Positions 17,456 to 25,129 of a stretch of 29,428 nucleotides of DNA are shown in pieces. The notes beneath the pieces are model-generated. The model did no database searches. It was given only the letters and a program-made list of their open reading frames with translations, and was not told where the DNA came from. Both the position numbers and the translations under genes were made by a program. This stretch comes from a virus. Lineage: Duplodnaviria; Caudoviricetes. Numbering within the stretch: position 1 is the stretch's first letter; each line of letters opens with the position of its first letter. The stretch is taken from positions 1 to 29,428 of the IMG/VR virus record IMGVR_UViG_3300020045_010351; one strand, written 5' to 3'.

Positions 17456-17469
17456 GGTTATTGCTCCCT

Positions 17470-17682
17470 TTATTTATTCTCAGAATGAAGCTTCTGTTTC
17501 GCTACCAATTTCGCCGGTGGGTGTCCGGTATGCCATTTACCGCAGAACTGGCATTGATATACCCATAGGCCGCAGCCTCCTTTCCTGGTTAAACTTATCT
17601 TGTGTGAAATGGCCTCAGTTCTTGAATTATGTTTATGTTTGCCGTCGCAGGATTTGCGCCTGATTCGGCGCTTGCTGCTCAT
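17470..17682 (-). CDS. Basic zinc-finger phage protein
   Basis: YQCQFCGKWHTGH motif; ATG in an ATGA overlap at 17679-17682. Confidence 0.7.
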   Translation of the reverse strand: MSSKRRIRRKSCDGKHKHNSRTEAISHKISLTRKGGCGLWVYQCQFCGKWHTGHPPAKLVAKQKLHSENK

Positions 17683-17885
17683 ACCGTTGCGCCCTTCAGC
17701 CATGTTTCGGCGGCTTCCAGTGCATCACCAACCAACTCAAAAAGCCCGCCTCCTTCTCTTATAACGAATTCTCGCTTCCCGTCGAAAAACTCTTTTCTAT
17801 CGAGACAGAAGCTGCAACCAAATATCTCAAATTGCTTAACTATGACCAGCCTATTTCCCCGGCTCTGCACGCTGATTAGTTTCAT
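17679..17885 (-). CDS. Hypothetical protein, 68 aa
   Basis: Coupled to both neighbours. Confidence 0.55.
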   Translation of the reverse strand: MKLISVQSRGNRLVIVKQFEIFGCSFCLDRKEFFDGKREFVIREGGGLFELVGDALEAAETWLKGATV

Positions 17886-18040
17886 CAGTTCCCGCCTTTC
17901 TGCGCCATCACATTGCCGTCAGCGCCTACCGTTCTATAGTTCAAGTCATCGCCTCCAAGACTTAACCATGCAATCAGATCGCTATGGAAACTACCAACAA
18001 ATATCCATTCTTTGCCGTTGAAATATTCTAGCCTTACCAT
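17885..18040 (-). CDS. 51-aa hypothetical protein (MVRLEYFNGKEWIFVG...), not in the ORF track
   Basis: Translated by hand; exactly fills the gap with TGATG overlaps at both ends. Confidence 0.6.
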   Translation of the reverse strand: MVRLEYFNGKEWIFVGSFHSDLIAWLSLGGDDLNYRTVGADGNVMAQKGGN

Positions 18041-18891
18041 CACTTCCCGCCTTTCGCCTTAGTTATAAGCTCTATAATGTCAGATTTTAAATAGATAAAT
18101 TTATGAACACCAGCAAGCTTGCAGGCTTCGTCTAGTAAGCCAAAGTCTCTATCTCTGATTGTTTCAAGTTTTTCAAGCATCTGCTCAATCAGCGCATCTT
18201 TTCGTTTTAATTCATTAAGCATCGCGCCCTGTGATCGGTCTCTCTGGTCGATTTCAGCCCTTGCCGCCTCAAGCTCATTGCGCTGCAAAACAAACTCATT
18301 GTCTTTGTCTTCCATTTCGCAATGTCCGCGAATGCCGGCGATTGTTCTTTCGTGCTTTAATTTTTCAATCTCAGCATCTTTTGCGGCAAGCTCATCTATA
18401 AGGGCATCATTCACCGGCTTTTTCACATAAAGCTCGCTAAAATATTTTTTTTCATCGCCTATATATTCGACAAGTTTTCGATTAGCTTCGGCAAGCTCTT
18501 GCTCCATAGCCCCTACCGATCGAATCAGAACGCCATCAGCAATACCGCTCTCTAACCATTTACAAAACATATCATCAGTCCTCGGCGTATCAGACACACT
18601 GACCGGCTTTTCAGCTTCAAAGTAATGTTTGCAATCAGCGCTATCTTTTCTGATGCAAAACTGGCATTTTTCGGGCTTAATCATTTGCTTTTCTCCATTT
18701 CTCGTTTTTTGGCTCAGTTGAGCCATTTTTTTCTTTTCCGGAGCAGTGTTTTCGTTGCTCTTTCGAGTCAGTTTCTTAACCTTCCTCAACCGTCTCAACT
18801 CCCTCAACACCGCGCTCCTGCAATCTCGCAACATGACTTGATAGCTATAAGACAGCAAAGGGTGTGATTTTGGGATGGTGGGGAGTTTCAC
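18040..18891 (-). CDS. Coiled-coil hypothetical protein; likely second in-frame start at 18684
   Basis: Heptad repeats; SDTPRTD motif; GGAG before ATG 18684. Confidence 0.6.
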   Translation of the reverse strand: MKLPTIPKSHPLLSYSYQVMLRDCRSAVLRELRRLRKVKKLTRKSNENTAPEKKKMAQLSQKTRNGEKQMIKPEKCQFCIRKDSADCKHYFEAEKPVSVSDTPRTDDMFCKWLESGIADGVLIRSVGAMEQELAEANRKLVEYIGDEKKYFSELYVKKPVNDALIDELAAKDAEIEKLKHERTIAGIRGHCEMEDKDNEFVLQRNELEAARAEIDQRDRSQGAMLNELKRKDALIEQMLEKLETIRDRDFGLLDEACKLAGVHKFIYLKSDIIELITKAKGGK

Positions 18892-19091
18892 GAAAACTGC
18901 GCCTGCAACATTTGCAGTTCAATTTTCGCGGACACTTTCTTAGACCGTAAAATCATATTGTCGTAAAACAAAGACCATAGATCTCCGGGAACAATACCGT
19001 TGTGAGAAATTATGACCTGAGAAATAAAGTTTTCAATATCTGCGATTTCTTCAGATAATATTAAAATTCTTTGGGCTAAGGCTTCTTTCAC
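18888..19091 (-). CDS. Hypothetical protein, 67 aa
   Basis: GTGA overlaps; AAGGAGG RBS. Confidence 0.55.
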   Translation of the reverse strand: MKEALAQRILILSEEIADIENFISQVIISHNGIVPGDLWSLFYDNMILRSKKVSAKIELQMLQAQFS

Positions 19092-19336
19092 TTGCTAGCC
19101 TCCTTCTTGCAGCTACACTGCCACGTTGTCGCCCTGACCTGATGGCAAGTCATGGTAGTAATTGTATGGCCGTCTTTGATGGCCTTCTTAATGGTTTTCT
19201 TCCAGTGATTATCCGCAAACCTGTCAGGTTCGACGCATGCGCCCAATATTGCACCACATTTGCAGATTATTGCCTGTGTTTTCAATGGGTCGGTTCGCTC
19301 GGTCATTTTCTCGTGTTCGGTTTTGGGTTTGGTCAC
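19088..19336 (-). CDS. Small zinc-binding protein (CKCG...CxC), paralog A
   Basis: Similar to the adjacent 19333..19557 protein. Confidence 0.65.
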   Translation of the reverse strand: MTKPKTEHEKMTERTDPLKTQAIICKCGAILGACVEPDRFADNHWKKTIKKAIKDGHTITTMTCHQVRATTWQCSCKKEASK

Positions 19337-19557
19337 TTTTTTATATCCTTATTGCAAACGCAAGTATGTAGTTTTGTGCGAACTTTAGGAAATAATATCC
19401 CATGAACCGTTGCGCCAGATTTAACGGCCTTTTCTTTTTTAGCTTCCCATGCTTTATCGGCTTGAGAACTAACGCGAGAGCTTAGTATAGAACCGCACTT
19501 ACAGACAATTATTTCTACTCTCACGCCCTGCAAATCGGCAGGTTTGGTTTCGCTCAC
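19333..19557 (-). CDS. Small zinc-binding protein (CKCG...CxC), paralog B
   Basis: Similar to 19088..19336; AGGAG RBS. Confidence 0.65.
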   Translation of the reverse strand: MSETKPADLQGVRVEIIVCKCGSILSSRVSSQADKAWEAKKEKAVKSGATVHGILFPKVRTKLHTCVCNKDIKK

Positions 19558-19700
19558 TTCTGCACTCTCCTCTTGACTTTCCGTTTCGGTATTCCCATCT
19601 GGAAATACCTTCTATCTATTCTCGACGCCAGTCTATCTAAATAATTCCAAATTGCCGCTCTGATCCTTGTTTTAAACTCCTCCTTGTTTTGGCACATCAT
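19554..19700 (-). CDS. 48-aa basic protein (MMCQNKEEFKTRIRAAIWNYL...KRKVKRRVQK), not in the ORF track
   Basis: Translated by hand; AGGAG upstream; GTGA overlap with the next gene. Confidence 0.5.
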   Translation of the reverse strand: MMCQNKEEFKTRIRAAIWNYLDRLASRIDRRYFQMGIPKRKVKRRVQK

Positions 19701-19833
19701 TCTTTTGGCTGCTCCTGTGCGCCTCGATTATGCGGCTGATTGCTTCGGATTTGCAGATCTGGAGGCGCTGCATCACCTGGTGCAGATATTCGTTGTCACG
19801 GTCGGAAATTGTGAAGTTGATTCGTTTTTTCAT
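19672..19833 (-). CDS. Ribbon-helix-helix (CopG/Arc/MetJ-like) DNA-binding protein, 53 aa, not in the ORF track
   Basis: MKKRINFTISDRDNEYLHQVMQRLQICKSEAISRIIEAH: alternating beta ribbon, helix, then KSE helix; GGAGG RBS. Confidence 0.75.
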   Translation of the reverse strand: MKKRINFTISDRDNEYLHQVMQRLQICKSEAISRIIEAHRSSQKNDVPKQGGV

Positions 19834-20006
19834 TTCGCCTCCAACTGTTCAATGTAAGAATACATGCGGTCTGCGTTAGCGATTCGCTCAATAATGTTTT
19901 GCCGTTCCTGTTGTTTGAGTTTAAATTCTTGAGTGACCTCGACGAGACGGTCAGCCAACGCGCTTGTCTGTTCTTTTATTTTGCTCAATAGTTGTTTTTT
20001 ATTCAT
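19830..20006 (-). CDS. 58-aa coiled-coil protein (MNKKQLLSKIKEQ...), first gene of the operon, not in the ORF track
   Basis: Translated by hand; AGGAG RBS; ATGA overlap with the RHH gene. Confidence 0.65.
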   Translation of the reverse strand: MNKKQLLSKIKEQTSALADRLVEVTQEFKLKQQERQNIIERIANADRMYSYIEQLEAK

Positions 20007-20020
20007 CTTAACTCCTATAT

Positions 20021-20064
20021 GTTTATACGTAAATCATACGCAGATTATACGCATATAAAACGCA
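20021..20064. repeat. Four tandem 11-bp imperfect repeats, operator-like
   Basis: gtttatacgta / aatcatacgca / gattatacgca / tataaaacgca. Confidence 0.75.
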
Positions 20065-20072
20065 CGCGTCAA
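20044..20072 (-). promoter_or_regulatory. Strong sigma70-type promoter
   Basis: On the - strand TTGACG (20072-20067), 17 bp, TATAAT (20049-20044). Confidence 0.85.
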
Positions 20073-20091
20073 GGTTTATTTTAACGCGTGC
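20055..20091 (-). terminator. Probable terminator of the replication operon, overlapping the -35 box
   Basis: - strand gcacgcgttaa-aataaacc-ttgacgcgtgc-gttttat. Confidence 0.55.
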
Positions 20092-20130
20092 TCAGGGTTT
20101 CTGGTGTTATTAAGTATTACTGGCTGTGTG

Positions 20131-20505
20131 TCAGCGATTGTCAGCGCCGTTTATCCGTTTCTCAAGCCGCGCAAGCTTCTGCTTAACCATTTCATCAACC
20201 ATCTGGTTGCCGAATATCAGCCGCATTTGCTTGCACATAATTTCAACGTCTGCCAGCTCTTCGATCATCCCGGGTAAAGGGTTTTTGCCTGTAAAGTCAG
20301 GAGATACATACCGCAAGATTGCCGCGCTTAACTCCGATGCTTCCTCAGCCATTTTCATTATCTGGTGGCGGTCTCCGTAGTGTCTAAGTGTCCGTCTGAT
20401 TATATCGTCTGGTTCAGGTATTGTTTGTGGCGGCCATGGTTTAGCCTCGGCTGAAATGTGCTCAGCCTGTTCGGTGTCGGTGGTGCTGATTGGTTTGTTT
20501 TTCAT
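20131..20505 (-). CDS. MazG-like nucleoside triphosphate pyrophosphohydrolase, 124 aa
   Basis: EEASEL...EELADV motifs; ATG 20505 in a TAATG overlap with the primase stop. Confidence 0.85.
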   Translation of the reverse strand: MKNKPISTTDTEQAEHISAEAKPWPPQTIPEPDDIIRRTLRHYGDRHQIMKMAEEASELSAAILRYVSPDFTGKNPLPGMIEELADVEIMCKQMRLIFGNQMVDEMVKQKLARLEKRINGADNR

Positions 20506-23099
20506 TATTCGTGAGTTCCTCCGTATAGTTGTTGTTGGTGTGCGTCTTGATCTGCTGCGAGCCTCAGACCATCCCACACGATAAGCCCCATTTTCAAGGC
20601 TCTGCGTTTCTTGTAGCCACGTTCTGACAGCTTGATACTTAATACCCTGTGTGGCATTGGGCGCTCTCCTGCATCCTCACACCAGTCGCAATATGCTTTG
20701 TATAGGTCTTTGGCCTTAACGAAGCCGCTGGTCTTCTGAGGGCAAATTACGCAGGTTTCTGTCAGGAAAATTCCGATCAAATCCTGAGAATTCTTGTAAT
20801 CCTCCGTTGCCATATCTACGGCGGGCGGGGCTTTGAGCCCTACGTTTTGCCAGAGCATGCAGCCTTCAATCGCCCAATTCAGAATACCTGGTAACTCGGC
20901 AATAAGCTTGTCTGTTATACCAAAATCCCGTTTCTCTTCAGGAATACAGACCTCAAAAGGTATTAGCTTCACACGCCGCCAGATGCCAGTATCAACGCCT
21001 TTAATCTTCGGGCGGTGATTAGTCCTGATCCAGATTTTGAACTTTGGTCGGAACTCGAAAAACTCCTTATTTAAAAACCGCGCGGTTATCAGATCATCAC
21101 CCGTCATAGCCTTAACTTTAGATTCTGCTAGACACTGGCCTTCCTCCGTCTCGTTTGCGTTTACAAGTCTTGCGCCTGCTAGTCTGGCAACATCATTAGT
21201 CGGTTGGTTGCCACCGCCGTCACGGCCTCGCATTAGCGTTTCTGGTGGCGTTTCCATTGCGTATTCACCCAAGAGGGCAGCCAGCAACGTCGAGAAAACA
21301 GATTTACCGTTTTTACCGCTGCCCCACATTATGAATAAAACCTGTTCTCTCGTCGTGCCTGTTAAGCTATAACCGATTGCAAGCTGAAGATACTCGACTA
21401 CCAGTGGATCAGGAATAATATCTGACAGGAAACTATTCCAGAGCGGGCACTTTGCGTCTTTGTCGTATTTAATCTTGCTGACTCTGGTAATCATGTCAGC
21501 AGGGTTATGTGGCTGCAGTTCGCCAGTTTTCAGATTTATAGTGCCATTATCGACGTTAAACAGCCATGAATCGTTGTCAAAATCAGATGTTTTTGTTAAA
21601 ACCTTCGGCATACATGCAGCCATTTCAAGGCTTGACCGCATCGTCCTTGATGCTTCAGATTTCTTAGCCCAATCAATCAGCGCTTTGGTCAGCTCAGCAT
21701 CGTTTTCTGCATAACTGGCCTCGACTTCGGCATACAGATTTTTAACAACCAGATCGTGATATAGGTGTCTGACAATTGCCTCTTCAGGAACCCAATACCG
21801 GCCCTCCCACGCATACCAGCCGCGTGAGTTTGAGTATTTAATCTTGCCATCTGCACCAGAGATTAATCGCTCAGCGTTGCCAAGGTCTGTTGATTTAGAG
21901 GGGTTGTAAATATCTCTGAGAGTGAGCTGCTTCACTCCCGGCAGGGTTTCGGTTGACCGCATAGCATCAACCTTATTGCGAATGACTTCCTCTTTGCGGC
22001 GTTTGTTTTCCTTGCGTTCAAGGCGCTTTTCTGCAAGGTTGCCGATAGATTTTTTAGAATAATCCTTTGCGTGCTTGATTTTATCCCTGAGCTGCCTTTC
22101 GTCCCAGGGCGGTGAGCAACGCTGATTCCATTCGGCCAATAAATACAGCGCTGAATCTTCGTCGAGGCCGAAGTCATTTACCAACATGCAGGCGGTTCTG
22201 AAGGTGGTCTTGTCTCCATTTTGCCCTGAAATGGCAGGCTCGCAGCGGTCGAGATAAGCCCTTGCCCTGTCCAGAATCGAAGCTTCCCCGCTAGCATTGC
22301 TCACTGATCTTGGGGGCGCAATTGGCTTGAATGCTTCGATTTTAGGTGCTTTGGCTGCAAGTTCTTTCAATTTTTCAATGGAAACCTGCCTGATTTCAGT
22401 TTCTGGATTAATCAAGACCTCTGACCGGCGGTGTGGGCGTTGTTCGGTAGAATCGCCCTTTCTTGCCATGATGCCCCACATTTTCAGAACCTTTGAAGCA
22501 TTAGCAAGGCTTGTGTCTACTGTGGCTTCAGCGCAATCATATTTTTTTGCCAAAGCTCGAAGACAGTCTAGTATTAACTGGTCTGATTCTTTGCTTGGCT
22601 CAAGGTCGATGGAAAACATAACGTGAGCGCCATTGCCTGAGCTTGCAAGAACTGGCTCAGGCCATCCTTCGGCGGCCATTTCATCAATTACCCGGAAGGC
22701 CAGTTGCAGCGAGCCTTGATGTTCTTCGTCGGTAGAGGAAATGCCAGCGGGGCGAACTGAATCAAGATCAATTGGCAACCATCTGCGCCTTATAACGTCT
22801 GCATCTGTGCTGGTTGGGTCGTCTTTGGCTATATACATCATCCGGTTTGCGGCTCTTGCAAGCAAATCTTCTTTGACCGGATTGATGGAAATAGACACAT
22901 ACTGCGGCCCTTGTTTATCCATCTTCTCAGCTTCAATGGCTAGTTTCTCTGGATCATTAAACCACCCTGAATAATTCTTTGTATAGCCGTTCCCTGACGG
23001 GAGTTTTATAACTCTCAACTCATGGACTTGACCGGGGGCCATGATGATTTTGGCGGCTTTTATTAACTCTTTTCTGACTTCGTTTGCGACAGGACTCAT
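20505..23099 (-). CDS. Primase-helicase: prim-pol-like domain + PriCT + D5_N + P4-family SF3 ATPase
   Basis: IDLD and SGNGAH motifs; WNQRCSPPW (PriCT); TDLGNAERL; Walker A GSGKNGKS; TNHRP and IWRR. Confidence 0.93.
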   Translation of the reverse strand: MSPVANEVRKELIKAAKIIMAPGQVHELRVIKLPSGNGYTKNYSGWFNDPEKLAIEAEKMDKQGPQYVSISINPVKEDLLARAANRMMYIAKDDPTSTDADVIRRRWLPIDLDSVRPAGISSTDEEHQGSLQLAFRVIDEMAAEGWPEPVLASSGNGAHVMFSIDLEPSKESDQLILDCLRALAKKYDCAEATVDTSLANASKVLKMWGIMARKGDSTEQRPHRRSEVLINPETEIRQVSIEKLKELAAKAPKIEAFKPIAPPRSVSNASGEASILDRARAYLDRCEPAISGQNGDKTTFRTACMLVNDFGLDEDSALYLLAEWNQRCSPPWDERQLRDKIKHAKDYSKKSIGNLAEKRLERKENKRRKEEVIRNKVDAMRSTETLPGVKQLTLRDIYNPSKSTDLGNAERLISGADGKIKYSNSRGWYAWEGRYWVPEEAIVRHLYHDLVVKNLYAEVEASYAENDAELTKALIDWAKKSEASRTMRSSLEMAACMPKVLTKTSDFDNDSWLFNVDNGTINLKTGELQPHNPADMITRVSKIKYDKDAKCPLWNSFLSDIIPDPLVVEYLQLAIGYSLTGTTREQVLFIMWGSGKNGKSVFSTLLAALLGEYAMETPPETLMRGRDGGGNQPTNDVARLAGARLVNANETEEGQCLAESKVKAMTGDDLITARFLNKEFFEFRPKFKIWIRTNHRPKIKGVDTGIWRRVKLIPFEVCIPEEKRDFGITDKLIAELPGILNWAIEGCMLWQNVGLKAPPAVDMATEDYKNSQDLIGIFLTETCVICPQKTSGFVKAKDLYKAYCDWCEDAGERPMPHRVLSIKLSERGYKKRRALKMGLIVWDGLRLAADQDAHQQQLYGGTHE

Positions 23100-23109
23100 A
23101 ACTAGAACC

Positions 23110-23490
23110 TCATTCTTTCAAATTGAATGCTCTGTATACATCTTCAACGCTGCGGGCAAGGATATATTTGCCGCCCATTCTCTCGATCATCGCCTGAAAT
23201 TTCTCTTGCTCTGTAGACTGTTTGCCGGTGTCTGATTTGTTTTCAATTGCGATTCTCTGGCCGCCCTTAGCAATGCCGTCAATGTCGCTGCTGCCGGGTA
23301 AACCAAATCGAACCGGGTGAGCTTTGCGGATAAGAACATCACCGGCCTGCATCAAGACCGTTTGCGGTCTATCTGATCGGATTATCTGGTTGCCCGTCCA
23401 TGCTTGCCCGGTATTGTTTCGCCAGAGCCTCAGCCACGGCAAAGCGCCGAATTCTACCAAGATTTGTTTCTGTAGGATTGATTCTCTCAT
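23110..23490 (-). CDS. VRR-NUC domain nuclease
   Basis: ESILQ, RNNTG, GSSDI, AIENK...GKQSTEQ and ARSVED motifs. Confidence 0.9.
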   Translation of the reverse strand: MRESILQKQILVEFGALPWLRLWRNNTGQAWTGNQIIRSDRPQTVLMQAGDVLIRKAHPVRFGLPGSSDIDGIAKGGQRIAIENKSDTGKQSTEQEKFQAMIERMGGKYILARSVEDVYRAFNLKE

Positions 23491-23651
23491 GCGTCGTCAA
23501 CCTCGGCGGCATACCTGGCTTGGAGTTTCAAGGTTAGTGCTTTAACTTCCTGCTCAAGCTCCATGATTCTTTCATTCAGGGTTAAGTTCAAATCCTGCTC
23601 ATGTTTCAAGCAGTTCGTGAGGGTTTTTTCCATTTCTGACAATTGACTCAT
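23487..23651 (-). CDS. 54-aa coiled-coil protein (MSQLSEMEKTL...), not in the ORF track
   Basis: Translated by hand; AGGAG RBS; ATGA overlaps at both ends. Confidence 0.65.
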   Translation of the reverse strand: MSQLSEMEKTLTNCLKHEQDLNLTLNERIMELEQEVKALTLKLQARYAAEVDDA

Positions 23652-25123
23652 TGTTTTAGACTCCTGATTTCAGCGGCTGGCCATCGGCCATACCTTGACT
23701 TAAATACCATCCCGGCCCATGCTGCGTTACCTCTGCATTCCTTCAGCTTCTTTGAGTAGTAATCCAGCGGTGACATGTCCGGTTTAATTGTTCTTAATAC
23801 TATTCGACAACCTGCGCATAAAATCTGAGTTCCCATTTCTGAAGGGGCTTTAATTGTATCAAAACTTCCACATGAGCAGGTAGGTTTTGTTAATTCCTTT
23901 AAATCACCTTCTTTTGTGATAATTGTTCTTACTGGCCCTTTCGCTTCAACGCCACAATCGGGGCAATTTTCCAGATTTGCCGGGAAAATCGCGTAGCATT
24001 GGCGGCACGTTTTCAGGGCCGGGGCTATATCATCTTCGTTGCGTTTCAGTTTCTTTTTGAGGCCGTCTGACAGGTCTACTGCATGATCCATCATCAAGCC
24101 CAACCGGCGGCAATTGCCTGCGTGGTCGATGACTTTTGCAAACAGCTTGCCTTGTGTTGGGTTGGGCCGCAATACCCTGCCGATCTGCTGGATGTGCAGA
24201 CCGACAGAATATGTGGGGCGTGCTTGAATGCAGACTGAAACGCCGGGATCGTCATAACCTTCAGAGAGAATCCCGACATTCACCAAGATCAAATATTTTC
24301 CGATTCTGTGCCAGGCTAATATTGTTTCACGTTCCTTCTTACCGATAGAATCGTGAAGAAAAGCCGCCGGTATCCCTGCTTCATTAAAAGCATCTGTTAT
24401 CGCCTGAGCGTGCAGCTTGTTTACTGCAAAACAAATAGCCCTTTCACCGCCCGCAATCGCTTGATACTGCTTAACAATGTTGCCGATCAGCTTCGGCTTG
24501 CTCATCGCTTCGCCCAACTGTTCGGGGTCTAAGTCTGAGCCCTTGCGCTTGATTCCTGCGAGTTGTGGCAGGTCGGGAGACCAATACCGGCATGGAACCA
24601 GGAAACCCCTGTCAGTCAAATCGCTGATTGTGGCAACCTGTGTATAGTCCTGAAACAAATCACCAAGCCCTGCACCGTCTGAACGGTAGGCGGTGGCAGT
24701 GAGGCCAAGTATAACGGCTTTCGGGAACTGGCTCAGAACCTTGTTGTAACTCTCGGCGGCTGCGTGGTGGCATTCGTCTATGATAATCAGGTCGAAGTGT
24801 GCCGGCAGCTCTCGACGGTTCGCGGTCTGAAGACTGGCCACCTGTATAGGCGCTGTTGAGTCGTAAGGGTGGCCAGCCATAATAATACCGTGAGGCAACG
24901 ATAAGCCGTTAAGCTTCTTCGAGCACTGGTCAATAAGTTCCTTGCGATGAGCCAAGAATAACACCGAATTGCCCTTAACAATTGATCTTAGGATTATATG
25001 CGCTGCAATAACGGTTTTGCCTGAGCCGGTAGGGCTGACAAGGATTTGAGACCGGCAACCCTGAGAGATTTTAACGGCGGCTTGAGCTATGGCGTTTTCT
25101 TGATACTCTCGCAAGTGGAACAT
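23648..25123 (-). CDS. Superfamily II DNA helicase (ResIII / RadD-like) with C-terminal zinc ribbons
   Basis: PTGSGKT, DECHH, LTAT, EGYD and QQIGRVLR motifs; CxxC pairs. Confidence 0.93.
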   Translation of the reverse strand: MFHLREYQENAIAQAAVKISQGCRSQILVSPTGSGKTVIAAHIILRSIVKGNSVLFLAHRKELIDQCSKKLNGLSLPHGIIMAGHPYDSTAPIQVASLQTANRRELPAHFDLIIIDECHHAAAESYNKVLSQFPKAVILGLTATAYRSDGAGLGDLFQDYTQVATISDLTDRGFLVPCRYWSPDLPQLAGIKRKGSDLDPEQLGEAMSKPKLIGNIVKQYQAIAGGERAICFAVNKLHAQAITDAFNEAGIPAAFLHDSIGKKERETILAWHRIGKYLILVNVGILSEGYDDPGVSVCIQARPTYSVGLHIQQIGRVLRPNPTQGKLFAKVIDHAGNCRRLGLMMDHAVDLSDGLKKKLKRNEDDIAPALKTCRQCYAIFPANLENCPDCGVEAKGPVRTIITKEGDLKELTKPTCSCGSFDTIKAPSEMGTQILCAGCRIVLRTIKPDMSPLDYYSKKLKECRGNAAWAGMVFKSRYGRWPAAEIRSLKQ

Positions 25124-25129
25124 TATTGG

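Noticed and set aside
20021-20064. Repeats as replication iterons
   Set aside because: They are short and degenerate and coincide with a promoter upstream of an RHH gene; an operator is the simpler explanation, though an origin is not excluded.
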